Source of the DNA: Nitrospirales bacterium
Lineage (GTDB): Bacteria; Nitrospirota; Nitrospiria; Nitrospirales; UBA8639
Length of the DNA stretch: 64,000 nt
Reading direction: 5' to 3'
NCBI GenBank assembly: GCA_965203295.1
Contig: CBDBCZ010000017.1
Coordinates: 1,248,001 to 1,312,000 of the forward strand
Part shown: positions 1 to 15,210 of the stretch, piece by piece
Position numbering within the stretch: the stretch's first letter is position 1
Layout of the letters: the number at the start of each line of letters is the position of its first letter
Translations under genes and position numbers: made by a program
The notes under the pieces: model-generated
Databases searched by the model: none
Told to the model about the DNA's origin: nothing
The model's input: the letters and a program-made list of their open reading frames with translations, nothing else

Positions 1-3000
1 CATGTTAATCTCGCTATTGGACTGACGAACTTCAAGAACTGGGGAGAAACAATGCAAAACCTCCTTCTGTATGCGAAACCAACCGAGGTGACGCAGGTCA
101 AAGCGCTTGTGGCAGCTGCTAATGAACTGGACATCAAGGTGGGTGAAAACAATTAGGCTGATGAGGATCTATGCATGTAGTTGTGGCATGTGGCAGTTTT
201 TGCAGCGCTGAGGCTCAGAGTGCAAGTAAAGCGCCGTACTAGAATTTATATAGGTGGGAAAAATTTTACTAGGAAATATTTCGCCAAATACAGTTGCGAA
301 GTTGTTTTTTTTTTTCGGACTTATTTTCGCGCATGCCTACAGTACGCCTCCGAGTTCATTTGACGCGCAGTTAAGCTCGAGTAACGGGATAGATCTCCAG
401 AAATTGAGAGATTTCCGCCATACTGCAAGTTCTACCACGTCACAGTGAGCTCACTGACCTCGCAGGCCATATAATCTCGCATAGTCATGGAAGTATTAAA
501 CTTTGCTAGCTACTGGCGAATCGACAATAATATATTAAGACAACAAGTTCGCTTTTAGAAGAGCCGCAGATGCGGCATTCATTAGCGGAAAACTTTTCCC
601 GCGGGTTGTTAATTTTTGCCATGCACTTGTATACAACTTACAATTGGGACACTGACGAATGGCGAAATTGTGGGTAGCTATATCATACTTACCTTGGGGG
701 AAATCCTTCGAATATCAGAGGTAGCTTGTAATTACTATGACTGTATATATGGAAGAGGACGAGGAGTATGCTGCAGCTATACAGTATCAGTACCGGTATG
801 TAATTATAGACCAACCCATTCTAAATGTTATGAATGCGCTAGCCGAAGTAGCTGTAGAAATAAATAGGTTGTTATAACTTCTGAGTAGTTACTGCAGTAA
901 CTGTGCAGTTGCAGGGTACAATAATTTAAGGTAATATACTATGGTATGGCTAGAATGAGTCTCCCTTAATTATTGTTGATGTAGCTACAATGTACATGCA
1001 AAGAAAAGTCATGCACCCTCACTTATTATAATCCCAGATGTTCACTCACCACATAATAACAAGTGGTTAGCTTCCCTTCTTAGCTACATGGAAACTATAT
1101 GTTATAATAGATCATATTTCCCCCAGGCAGGCACACTATTCTTTTTAATTTTCCCATTATTCTAATCCCCAATTCTTTTATTTTGCCCTATTATTTTTTT
1201 CCATTGTTCTTATTTTTACCCTATCATTCTTTTCCTTTATCACGAGCCATATGCAGCAGACGGAATTTAGGATGTGTTTCTACCTTTTAGTACAAGTCAT
1301 ATAGTGGGTTTCTCTGCTTCACTACACTTGGCTTTGGAATTATTGATGGAATTCACAGCCACTTATATTCCCACCACTTTACTTCAGACTAATTACGAGT
1401 CCTTTGACCTAGGGAAGGCCTTACAGACAGTTCTTATCAAAACAATCACCTATTTATTCTCGCTTCTATGTATACACCTATTATTCCTAAAGAAATTCCC
1501 GAATAATGTGCGAAACAGTTAGCCCTCAGTGGAGCTGTTACTAATTTATAGTGCGTTTATGAATTCAATGACTTCTATTCCTGAATAGATGGGAATGGGC
1601 GGGGCCTACCACACGTGGTCGCCGACCTACCCAGATGCTGGAGGGTTACTCATCAACACCTGTGACCTTAAACTTGAAAAGCCTGAAACAAGTGATGGCA
1701 ACCGCCGAATTGATTATGACAGTATGTATACTGCTATTAAAGTAATAGTCGTTTAATTAGTGTTGTTTTAGTTAACTAAAACTAAAAACAAAAAGTATTT
1801 CAATTAAAAATTTTCACCAAAATCAATGCAATTAGCTACATGACATTGTATAATAGTGTTAGTAACCCTTTTTTAATTTCAGTTCCCCAACTGAAACTTA
1901 ACTTTCATACTGTAATAGCCTTTTTACTAAACTAAATCTAATCATGTGAAGCCATACTAAAACAACACTGATTTTAACGGACTGTCATAAGATGGTCTGT
2001 ACATTATATTTGCACATTCCCTATAGTCTTCAACAAGTTGTACAGTGGAACCCCTCTACTGGGGACACCTGTATAGTATAGAGAGGTGTCCTCATTTCAG
2101 GGGTAAATTTACAGCATATTTGAGATGTAGCAAAATGTCCTTAATACATTATCATAGGCATCCTTATTTCAGGGGTGTCCTATTAAGAGGGGTTCCGCTG
2201 TTACGGTATTATGCTTCATGTTCATTTGATGCAGAGGACAATAAGAGGGTCACTATTTCACCTGGTGTTACTGTTGGAGAGCTCATGAGTTTTTTTCTGA
2301 ACCACGAAATCTGCTTTGAGTCTAATGTCATCTTACCAACCGTCACTTATGGTGGGACATTCAGTGGAGGGTGTCATGTACGTGCATTTAGTGTAAAAGT
2401 TTGATTAGAAGTGCAGCAACTGCATGTACCTATAGTATGGCTTTATATAGCGATGGCCCGTTTAGGAAACTCGATGCTTGTGAAATGTATCATTTGGGTG
2501 CGGTGCAGGTAGAAAATAGCAACATTTCTACAAATGTGAATTAAAAAGGCTTTTCACAAAGACTGAGGGCTCAACAAAGGGTATTATTAAAGTAGCAGCT
2601 TGCAATAAACTGTAATTGCAACAAACCTCGGTAATGACAAAATCCCTCATTTAGAACATAATTCAAACACACATTCGGTTGAGTATCAGCTAGCTTATCA
2701 CACTTCTAGGCATTTTGTATTCCTTCTACACATGCTATATACCTTGACAAGGCCCTCTGATGAGTCTTCATGAAGCCTCCGTGAAAACTAAAAACTCCTT
2801 TTTTACCATTCAGCCGACTTTCAAATGACAATGTCACGGCAGTGCACGTGATATAAGGTTTCTAAAAATCTATTCTTGCACATACGTAGGGCACCGGAAA
2901 AGACCAGGAGAGCATATCTGACTGGATTGTATCGATGAAGGTGGTTGATGGAGAAGGGGAGCTCCGGCAGCTACCTCCTGAATCACTTCCCCCCGGAGTA

Positions 3001-6000
3001 ACAATGAATTCTGATCAAATCCTGAAAGCGGCTCAAGTCAATCTCGGTCTGTTTGGTGTCGCAGTCGAGTACACGGTAACGGTGAAACCAATGTCCAATT
3101 GCCGAGTGCAGAACATCTTTGACCAGACCCTGCAGGTAATAATTATTTTAATTTAATTAACCCTTTATCAACCATAAGAAACAGCTTAAATAAGCAGAAA
3201 AGCCTGTACAAAGTGTTAACGCCTAGTATTAAACCCCCCATATAAATTCATATGGGCTTATGGGAGCTCATGACGCAGATATGCGTCATTGGTTGGTAAA
3301 GAGTTAAATAAAAAAGCTCTCAGGTTATTTCCCGAGTACAATAATCATTGCCTATATGGCTCAGAATCTGTGTCGTTGTTGTAAATGTACATGCATATTT
3401 TTTTTGCCTTGGAGTGAAGCCACATGTTTGTAATGGAGCGAATAGGACATTCTTGCCTAACAATGTGCACGTGATATGTACAAGTCATAACAGTATGTTG
3501 TATACATGTAGACTAAGCTATTCTGTCTTATATATTTATGCTGTGTACACCTGCATAATATGTGACTAAATAAGCCCTGTATTTTGTGAAATTTGGGCCG
3601 GAAATGCTGGCGGAGCACGTACCAGTGTACACTGTCGTCCATGTACAAATCCATTGCAGCAGTGGCTGCTCTTTTGAAAAATGTTTCAAACTGAGTCGTT
3701 TCTTTATTTGTAATTTCTCCAGCATCATGGCTCATAGCTTCTTTTTTTCTTGCCATAACTATAGCTGGCTCAATAATTCAGCTATCCCCTGTGTACGTGT
3801 TAGGCCTTGTCCACACTGGGGGGGTTAAAAAAGCACTGTATGCCCCTGCAAAAAATAATCATACTTTTGTCTTGCACTACATGCATCTTTCAAACTACAC
3901 GAGGCATATAGTGCGCTTATGACTGTATCAGTAAAAAGTTTAATTCTCTGTTTCAATGCAGGATGTCGTTTCACCACCACCTTGTCCACCACCTTGTCCA
4001 GGGACACCCGTTCCAGTAAGTTATACATGTACTTTGATGTACTGTGTCGTGCAAATTAGGGTTCTCAAACAGTTTTGGTTGTTGTCAAGAGTAAGTTTTA
4101 TGATGCTACCTATCTTGAACAGACAGAAAGTCTGGCCGCCCTCCTGAAGAAGTACTGGTCTGTGGAGATCTTCTGGTTTCCATTCAATAGTCTTCTTGAC
4201 TGGGTGGGCAATATGGTGCCTACGGAATCTGGCCGGCAGCTCAACGTTGCTGCATTTCCTGAGCCACCTGCTGCTGATACTAAACTAGTAAGAAATTATG
4301 CACAGAGTGCATGAGCCACCAGGCGGGGAAGCATATAGTGTTGTTTTGGTACTCCATTCTAAAAGCATACTGTCTTATACTACAAGAGCACATAAAATAG
4401 TGCAGGAAAATTATTATGTATGTGCTCTTGTAGTATAACATGATGGAATATACCATGACAACTCGAAATTTTCTTAGCGTCAGCACACTCTATAATGTAT
4501 ATATTGACAGAAGCATACATAATTGGAGTCTCAACTCCTATGCATGCATTCAGCTCAGTATACTGCCTTTGGTGGCACATGGACCCCTAATACTGTACAC
4601 AGTGCTGTATTATTATGGTTTTGCAAGTTAAGTCTCCCTAACAAATAATCAAACTTTCATATAATAGCGAGAGGAAGCTGGACTGAGCCCCAGTAACATA
4701 CTGACCTGGCTTTGGTCTCCTTGGAACGACAAGCTTTGGATTCGGGGTATCAATATCGATAGAATTGGAACAACAAAAGTAACTCTCGAGTAAGGCACTT
4801 CTATTGTATTCTCATGCCATCTTTGAATTAATTAAGTGGGTGTAACTGAAAGACCCCCCCCCCCCCAGTTAGTATCAACAAGACTTGGTTTAATCCAATC
4901 CAAGAATACTACCACCCTTATCACTATAAATTAATTGAAGGGCTGAGAACCAGAGTGGTCTAACCCAATTAAAGAAACTTCCTCCTCCCAAACTTGAGAC
5001 AAAAAATATTATGTGAATACCTGATCTGAGTAGCTATGGGGGTAGGAGTTAGACCACAAAGTGGTGATTTGTTACTCCTACATTGTATGATATTTGGCAT
5101 TCCATATAAATTATGTACAAATTGTGAGTCTTTAATCTAGCCACATGGGACTAAACATAGAAACTGGAGTGAGGTTCCTGGAACCTTCTCCAGTTACTAT
5201 GTTGAGTCCCTTGATAGCAGATGAAAGACTCACAAAAATGTACTACATGTCAAGTGACACCACTTCGAGGTCTGACTCCTACCTACATACAGCAATGAAA
5301 GATTTCACATTTTTTGTCATACACTCATACACTTTAAAGTACAATTATGCACTTTCAGTAGCTACTTCATTTGAGTTGGCCCACTATGGCTCTCAGCCCT
5401 TCAATTGACATTGAATTCTGCTTTGTGATGATTTTCTCATTCATTGCAGCCCTGGAGTGCCTTTCTGGAGCAAGGTGATGGATGCTGCCATGGGAACAGT
5501 GGGCAAGCGCTTTCTCACTCCCCTGATTCAAAATTTCCCTGGAGTCACTCCGTTCACCCTCCTGGGTGCGTTTCAGCAATTGAAATTCCAGTATGGCACC
5601 ATGCAAGGTGATGAAGTGGTGCGCACTCCATGGGCTATCCACTATCGCGATGCCATCGATCTCATGCCGGTCTACGACGTCGAATTTGCCTTCCCTATTG
5701 ACATCGATAATCCAGAAGTTCTTGTGCAAGCAATCTGGGAAGTGGTCAGAATTACCGCGGATTATGCCAGATGCGGTTAGTGTGTATGTAGTAGGAATCA
5801 CACTTTCAGCTGTCCCATGCACGTACACTCAAGGAATAAAGGCTGAAGTGGGCATGTGTGTAAAGTACAGGCAAGAAATCTATCCCATGTAGTTATGTGA
5901 TTAATCACTTTGAAATATCACTAGTTAAAAATTCATGCATTAGTGTAACGGTACGACCCTGAGTATGGGTAATACAAGAAAAAAGTGCATGGTGTGTAAT

Positions 6001-6575
6001 TTGATTGCATTAATACAGTGTTAGATTTCCCAAAGGTACACACATGTGCGATGATGTGGTTTCTCAAAGAGGACATTATGGTACATACTATGTGTCCATG
6101 TTGCACTGTATATATCTGTAGCGTAGTGACACAGTGAATGTAATATTCTCACTTCTTTTGCTCAGGCAAGTATCCACCTGAAACAAACCGCGATGAAAAA
6201 ATCAGCTTCCCCCTCACGCTGGCAATGGAGTTACGAGTGCTGAAAAAAAGCGACACCCTCCTCTGTCCAGCTAGCATCACGGAAGCTGGCAAGAATCACG
6301 TCGCCTACATTGAAGTCCTGAGCACATCTGGCACCCCCGGGTACGAGCAATACTTCACGGAAGTCGCTACGGCATGGATGAAGCTGGGCGGGGTCCCTCA
6401 CTGGCAGAAGCAGTGGACCTTTCTAAACGGCGACACGACCAAAATATTCGAGTACGTCCGTGAAAAGTACGGCCAAAATATTACAAAGTTCATGGACGTC
6501 CACAACCAGCTACAGCTCGACCCCAAAGGCCTCTTCATGAACAATACCATGGCACAAGTCTTTTGTCCTCCATGA
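1..6575 (+). CDS. FAD-linked oxidase, L-gulonolactone/D-arabinono-1,4-lactone oxidase-like, copy A (5' end outside window). Exons <1-138, 1589-1721, 2235-2377, 2890-3135, 3962-4015, 4123-4287, 4668-4789, 5141-5269, 5450-5775, 6166-6575
   Basis: GT-AG exons join in frame. Motifs: FKNWG, GGAYHTWS (like the GULO GGGHS flavinylation His), GGTFSGGCHGTG, LGLFGV, GGVPHWQK and DPKGLFMN (ALO C-terminal). Confidence 0.85.
2043..2200. mobile_element. Tc1/pogo(Tigger)-like MITE (CAGTGGAACCCCTCT...AGAGGGGTTCCRCTG). Related copies near 25794-25951, 35024-35205, 45914-46234 and 52930-53090
   Basis: Short TIRs starting TA|CAGT; dispersed similar copies. Confidence 0.65.
3161..3303. mobile_element. 143-bp piggyBac-like MITE. 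Copies at 7481-7623, 26912-27054 and 45932-46074
   Basis: TTAA on both sides of three copies; TIR CCCTTTACCAACCA / TGGTTGGTAAAGAG; four similar copies; the 7481 copy is absent from the duplicated locus near 31218. Confidence 0.8.
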
Positions 6576-7811
6576 GGTGATACCGCCTCAACAAATTGCC
6601 CACTGAATAACTGATTCTTGCAATGCGCATTTACTATAGTGTTATGGACCCATATTGGGTGTACGTACTGTACTGATTCTTGCAACATGGATTTAAATAG
6701 AGCATTGTGTACTAGATAGCGTAGTGCTTTGACTGTTTTAAAGTAGTAATTTGTACATTACAACCTTGAGTTTGTTTTTTTTTTTGCTATTATTTTAACT
6801 ATACGACTATACGAAACAAATTTAAATACATGTATGCTGTATTTTGGTTAATAATTGCACACTTGAGCAACTTAAAAAGATGTTCTTGCAAATGCATGCA
6901 TGTGGGCTAGCTTTAATTTGAGTGGTTGTATGGCTACACCTCTTGGACTGCAGATGTGAATCCTCCGATAAAGGTTAAACAAAACAAGAATATTCCCTAC
7001 CCTCATGCAAGGGGGGGTAGGGAACTTAAAAAATTATGTACTCTAAACTATTCTGTAACAGCAGTGCACGGCCTTCTATAAAATTCTTAACAGGGTACTG
7101 AGCTTGATTTCCCACTTAGATGACGTTCAGATTAATAATGGGGCATATTATACATCATACTCTTCATGTCAGCTGTTAGCAGCTCTCGTATGTTGCTAAA
7201 ATATTAATAATAAATATAGGTATTAAGTGCATGTGTGAACTCTTCCAGCAGTAAGTGATTAGACGTATAGATATAGTGTACTGAGCCCCATCGTGCCTTA
7301 ATTCGCAGCGTGATTGGAAGTGTTTATGGAAAAGGTCCTCAATTGTATAATATTATAAAAAGAAGATACGAGATTTGGTTCCTGTTGTTGAAGAGGTTAC
7401 CTAATTCCCTCTCATGCCTAAAAGCCCAGAGTTACATTAGATTCATGAAAAGCATATCAACTACAAAATGTATATTAAAACCCATTACCGACCATAAGAA
7501 ACAGCTTAAAGAAGCAGAAGAGCTTGTACTAAGTATTAACGCCTAATAGTAAACTCCCCATATAAATTCATATGGGCTTATGGGAACTCATGACGCATAT
7601 ATGCATCATTGGTTGGTAAAGAGTAACTATATATGCAGAGAGGTGTCTGCATGTGTCGGGGGAGCATGCATGAGTGCGCTGAGTCACAACAGAGTATGAG
7701 GTGTAAGTATTCTTAGGCTATATGAATAACTCTATAGTTAAAACCAGGCAACTACATTTTAGGCAAACTTCATGCTATCTAACTATAGCTAGTATGCGTA
7801 ATAGACTACAT

Positions 7812-8255
7812 AACAAGTCGGACATTTCATATCTATATAAAAAAACAGCCAGGCACCTTTCCCGTACAATACACACAGCTCAGCTTAGGCATAGATAATA
7901 TTGTTAGGCTATATTATTGATGGTTTAGGCAGTTAGCGCTCTCAACTGAGAGCGCTAACTGCCGCTAGCTGTAGAACGCCGTACAGTGAAAGTGCTGACT
8001 CGACAGTTTCGTCGCGTGCCTCCAGTTAGTAGCTTTACGCCACGAAAACAGAACTTTACGGCTGCCTACCAAGTTGTCGCCATCTAGGCAACACATAACT
8101 ACCTTCATTTGCTATAGCTTGGCCTGCAAATCTCCAAAAGCTGCTATATACTGCAGTTGCATAGACGTATTATGTGTGAACGCACAAACAAACAAACAAA
8201 CGCTGAAAAAGTAAATCAATCTTAGGACCAGCCGTTCGCGCGCTGGTAAAAAAAT
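7812..8255 (-). mobile_element. Non-autonomous Helentron/HINE-like element. Relative at 44290-44643 (+)
   Basis: Insertion absent from duplicate B (near 31375). Shares both ends and a (GTTT)n microsatellite with 44290-44643; T-run flanks; terminal hairpin CCAGC...GCTGG. Confidence 0.55.
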
Positions 8256-8504
8256 GTGAGACAACTCTGCATGATTGGCACCGCAGACTGAATGACTGAA
8301 CACTGAAAAAACACTGCAAATTCATCACTCTTCAATAATCAGTACTGTGACAGTAAAAACTCAAACTATTAGTCCACCTCCCCCCCCCCCCAAAGTGCAC
8401 AAATATACCGTAAAAAACCCTATTTGTACGGGTAACAAAATGCCGGAAAATAATAACTAACCAGTCCAATTGGCAGTCCGAGCTGTCACGCTGCAACTAA
8501 AATG

Positions 8505-9874
<1,370 letters not shown>

Positions 9875-12800
9875 AATGTGAAAAATTGATATTTGAGTAT
9901 TGGGTCTTCACCTACTGTGGTATACTGGACTCCAACGTAGTATCACAACTGTACCTTCAAACCGCGGATTGCATCCTCTTCTGTAGCGGAATTCGCTGCT
10001 CTCAATGCGAGGGTTAAAGGTCAAAATTGACATGAGAATGACGTAACACAAACCGAGCTTTTTGAAAAATTTAAGTTCTTGCCTTAGTCCTGCACTTCAT
10101 TTAGAACACATTTAGTCACGATTTAAGCTCTTCCAAGGCGTAGAAGTACCTTACCGGTAAGCGCGTGAGCGAAGCTACATAATACTGTGACTTTCGTGTG
10201 GTGCATACCGATATGTCATGCAATCATCTCCCTTTGGGTAAATTTTAGAAGCACTAGGCCTATATACTAAGTGCAGCAAATGAGGTAAATTTTAGTTGTT
10301 GCTTGCCATCTGGTTGAGATGTCTTTGAGTGACGACGCTCACTAGCAAGTGTGGGACTGTATAATACTACAAGCTTATAAGGTATCTTTGGGGTTTCTTG
10401 TTGCTGGATATGCTACATTCAGTCATGATAAGTGAGGCTTTAGACCGTAGATGAATAATTATACATAGTTCAGACATAGCTACAGTAGATGGTGTAAACC
10501 CAATAAGATGCTGGGCTGGTAGGGCCAGACTCTAGACGAGACTAGCCATGCAGGCCCAGTTTAGCTACATGTAGCTATCCCCAACTACCGCAAGCAATCC
10601 CTATAGGGGGGTAAAAGTTGGGAATAGCTAGCTAGACTATAAGCCAGGCCTATAAGAAACCCATTTGAAAAGGTTATGACATGATTGTATTATAAGTTGT
10701 TCGTGTGTTGTGATTATACACATTATACATACAGGTGAACTATATCCCCCATTCAGTGGTGATATGTTGTATGGTTTGCATGCAAAAGTTAAGAATCTGC
10801 AAGTAGAAGTCAGTGGGTGTTCAGCTCAGATTCAAGAACTTTCACCAAAAGCAAGAGAACATGACAAAGAGTTGAGTGCATTGAAGAAGGAAATGGAACT
10901 GCCAGGCAAAACTTGTCTTAAAAGATATTACTAATGAAGTGAAAAAAGTTGACGAACAGAAATCATAGATGCATTCAGACATTCTAAACACAATGTATAC
11001 ATACAATTGCATAAATATTATACAATAATTATCTTCATCATATAAAACCTCATGAAGGTGTGTTCGGGTATTATAGCTCACAACATATCCGCTTTACCAC
11101 TTCTCTTCACCTTCAACCTTAAATTTGTGGACAATTTTCTTTCTGACCAAAGAATCTGGGGAGTGGATGTCTGAGTTCTCAACTATGAAGTCTGACAGTT
11201 CCTTGATAATGTCTCTCAGTGGTCGCTGCCTCCCTTTCTGAGTAAATGGCACTTTGACACTTTGCTTTAGTACCTTCTTCCGGATGTTAATTTGCTCTCT
11301 TATTACAGCACGCTTTTTCTCTGCCTTCTTTTTAGCACTGATAGCCTCGTCATCTATTTCAGAAAGAGTGCTCTTCAGTTCAGTGGGTGATGTTATTAAA
11401 TGTAATGTGGATAGTCTTTCTCCTTCTCGGGTAGCTCTCTCATTCAATGCCTCTCGACTACATTTCTCACGAACCATTTTCTCACGTCTTTGTTTGCTTC
11501 TTCGGGTTTCTTCTCTCTTGTAGAGCTTTGCTACTTCCTCTCTTCTCTTGATAGCAAGGTCAATAATAGTGCTTTGCTAATCACGGGGAAGTTGGTGGAA
11601 CCACTGCATGGTTTTGTTTTTCTTCACTTGAACCAGGTTAGAATGAGACATCTGATGCAGGTTAGGGATAGCGGTTGTTAGGTAGTCATTTAAACCCAAG
11701 ATGCTCTCACAAAGATCATTGGTTGGCTTATTTTCTTTAGGATAGCTTCAATAGCTGGCTCTGGTTCCCAGTACTTCCCTCCTGGTAACTGAGTCTGGGC
11801 ATATGTGCACAGCTTTTCCTCATAGCTAATGCTCCAGCAGCAAGCAGTGGATACAAGAGTGTATCATCCCATTCATCTTCTTTAAAGATCTGCTCTTCTA
11901 TGGGGTGGTACATAGAATGTAAACGGTGATTTCGTTTTTTATGAACACCGTAAAGTTCCTCCTCAGATGCAAAACTTTGAAATCTTTATCCATTGCTGTC
12001 TGTGGGTTGAGTTCAACTTCCTCTAAAATAATCTGAGTTCTAGATAGTGCTCGTTCATGTCAAAAGCACTTTTTTCGAGGTTATTAGATTTTGTTAACAT
12101 TACAAGATTGGAATATATTGGATGGAACATCAGGGCATCAGCTTTCAGCTGGGATAATTCATCTTGGTCTTGCAATTTTTTGAAAACTACTTGTTCAAGC
12201 TTGTTACCTACACTTTTACCGCTATACTGGAGAAAGTCCACAGCTGCTTCTCGAAGGAATAAAATCTTTCCTGCATTGCATGCTGTTGCGAAATATCTAC
12301 TTCCTACTTGTCTCTCCAACCTAACTTTGGCACACAGTTGGTAATAAGAAGCCTTCTCAGATCCTGAGGTAGAGGCTTCTTCTAAAAAGTCTGGAAAAGC
12401 CAACGAGCCAAGACCATACTCTGGCACACCATGCTTACCGAGTAGTTTGCAGAACTCATGAACCATTGTATCCGTCTGATGAGACTCTCTTTGCTGTACA
12501 GTGTCAGTAGAATCTGCACAAGTTAGGCTTCTCACTCCATCAAGAAATGACTTTACAAAGGTTTACGCCAAGGTGCATACTACAAAAGTTCTCTACAAGT
12601 TCAATTGCTTCCGGGCACATAGCACCAAACCTCTCTTCGTCTTTCTCCCTTTCTTCTTGCAAAAGTTTATTGAATCTTTTCTGTGTAGAGGCTGAGTCTG
12701 ATGATGAAGATACTATCAAGGTCCAGTTTATTTTATCAGCATTTGGCAATTTCAGTGCGTGAGCCATATCCCTTTAAGCTTCTGCAGTTCTTGAGATACA

Positions 12801-15210
12801 TCATCAATCATGCTGTCCACACTTCCATCTGGTACTTCATTAACAGATAAGACCATACCACTAATGGCAGCTCCTTCAAGTTTCTTCTGTGACTTCGTGG
12901 TTCCATCAGTGTTCAAGTGTAAAGCTCCTGACTTGGCTTGCTCAAGGATGGATGTTACAGTAGCCTTATGTGCCAAGCTTACAGTAGTTAGCTCTCATGT
13001 CTTCTCATATAGGATGCACACGACTCACTTGGTAACTGCAGATGTGTTAAGTCTAACGAGGGTAAGAAACACTTCAGAATGGACCTAATGGTAGTTGAAA
13101 TTTTAGCAGGTGGTAATTGATTGGCAAGAAAAGTGTAATAGAGCTCCCTTACAGCGGGTGTGCACCATCTTTCGTCTGAAAACAAAAAGTAATTGACCGG
13201 TCCCTTTTATTAACATTGCCAAGCATGCAGAGACACAGTAGAACTAGAAAGTGTAGCAATTTCCTTCTGAAGAGTACAAACCAATTCAGAAAGTTCATCG
13301 TTTCTTATCAATAACTCTTCTTCATAGTGCACGGAATCAGCTACAGTTGATTCAAGCTTTAGTCTATTTTTGGTGCTTGCTTTCGTGCACATGCAATCGC
13401 GTTGCTTTTGAGTAGATTGCAGTCTATTAGTGATGTCCTTTAGAGCATGGTTTGTATGATAGTGACATCAAGTTCTGCCCTTGCTATTTCCACTTCTCTT
13501 TTCATCACAATTAACTCTTGTTCTTGCTCCTTTACTTTTGCTGACAGTTCTTCAATCTCAGTCAAACACCCACTGACTTCCGTTTGTAGGTGCTCATTGA
13601 CAATTGTTGCATGCAGACCATACCACATTAATTCTGCGTGAGGTTTGTCAGAAAATGCTACTTTTCGGATAAACTGGAAAATATTGTCAAGGCGGCCAGA
13701 TGCATTCTTTCTACGCAGCTCTGGGTCAATACGGATACGGAAATTTCCAATTGCTGTCTTTGTTACAGAGCGTGATGGAGGCCACTTCCTCAGGAAATTG
13801 TGCATGTATAGTTCCCTATAAAATCCAACTGTAGGAATTTCATTTAGTGGCCAGCATACAATGGCATGTGTTTCATGGTCCTGACAAGGCTGTAAAAAGG
13901 CTTTCTTTAGCACCTCTTCAGTGAGGCCATACTGGTGTAGTTCAGCAGGAAAGGATATGCAATCTGAGCATGAAGAAGCAAAAGCTATGTCAAATATAAA
14001 GTTTCCCCTCTGTGCTATTGCCGAGCATGCATGCAAGAAGTAATGGAATGAAATGTGTTGCATGCAGACTCTGTGTACTATAGTTTTTATGTAAGGCTGA
14101 CATTTCCTGTTTTTACGTGGCCAGCCATATCATGCAGAGGACAATAAGTTGCGAGAAAGTGGGAGTACAAGCATGCTCAGCTCTATTGGTACTTCCTGTA
14201 AAGCCCTTTGAAGCAATATGAAATGGGCCGTTAGGTATATTGACACCGAAAGCCGTACCTTCATGTCCTAGCTATTGAGTTATTAAAAACTATAACAAGC
14301 CCGGTGTTGCCTTCATAGTATTGCTAGCTAGCATACCTTGTGTATTCCTTATCCTTGGTACCCAGTGTCTCTTCAAATAGGAACGCAATGGAGAACCGTT
14401 CAGCAGATGGCCTTGTTAACGTTGGAGCAGCTATCTTCCTAACCGTGTCATAAAAACGGCTTGGGCGATGGGAATGTGAGGAAATTCATTGTCACAACGA
14501 GTTCAGCAAGGGACGTTTCGGTCCCTCCCTCTGTTTTTGCATCCTTGAGGATTCTTATGAGTTCTCCGTATGTAGGTTCACGTGCAGCCATATACTGCTA
14601 GAAGGTAGATACCGGCCAAATTATAACATTGAGGTCGACACAAAAAGTTTTCTATTGCATTAACTCTCAGACTGCTGGTCACTGTTGTTTAAGTTCTCAC
14701 TTATCATGACTAAATGTAGCCTATCCAGCAACAAGAAACCCCAAAGATACCTTATAAGCTTGTAGTACTATACAGTCCCACACTTGGCTAGTGAGCGTCA
14801 CTCAAAGACATCTCAAACAGATGGCAAGCAATAACTAAAATTTACCTCATTTGCTGCACTTACTATATAGGCCTAGTGCTTCTAAAATTTACCCAAAGGG
14901 AGATGGTTGCATGACATTGGTATACACCACACGAAACTCACAGTAGCTTTGCTCACGCGCTTACCGGTAAGGTACTTTTGCGCTTTGAAAGAGCTTAAAT
15001 CACGATTAATGCGCTCCAAATGAAGTATGGATTATAGCAGGACTTTCAAATTTTCAAACTGCTCAGTTTTACCTGACGTCATACCCATCACAATTTTAAC
15101 CTTTAACCTTCGCACTTCCGGGGTTTGAAGGTGCGGTTGTGATACTACGTTGGAGTCTAGTATACCACGATAGTTCAAGACCCGATTCTCAAAGATCGAT
15201 TTTTCACATT
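9875..15210 (-). mobile_element. 5.3-kb DNA transposon with about 550-bp imperfect TIRs and a degenerate DDE transposase
   Basis: 9875-10437 is the reverse complement of about 14695-15210 (termini AATGTGAAAA...TTTTCACATT); transposase remnants lie inside. Confidence 0.85.
11094..14063 (-). pseudogene. Frameshifted RNase H-fold DDE transposase (hAT-like, CxxH group) with N-terminal coiled-coil region
   Basis: Collinear ORF pieces with HLNTDGTTK (D1), SSDSAST (D2), FCSMH (CxxH), GSRYF, and PTNDLCESILG near 11700 (E). Confidence 0.7.

Noticed and set aside
4060..4122. Extra micro-exon ending at the GTAAGT at 4091
   Set aside because: It would need an intron of about 32 nt; splicing 4015 to 4123 already keeps the frame.
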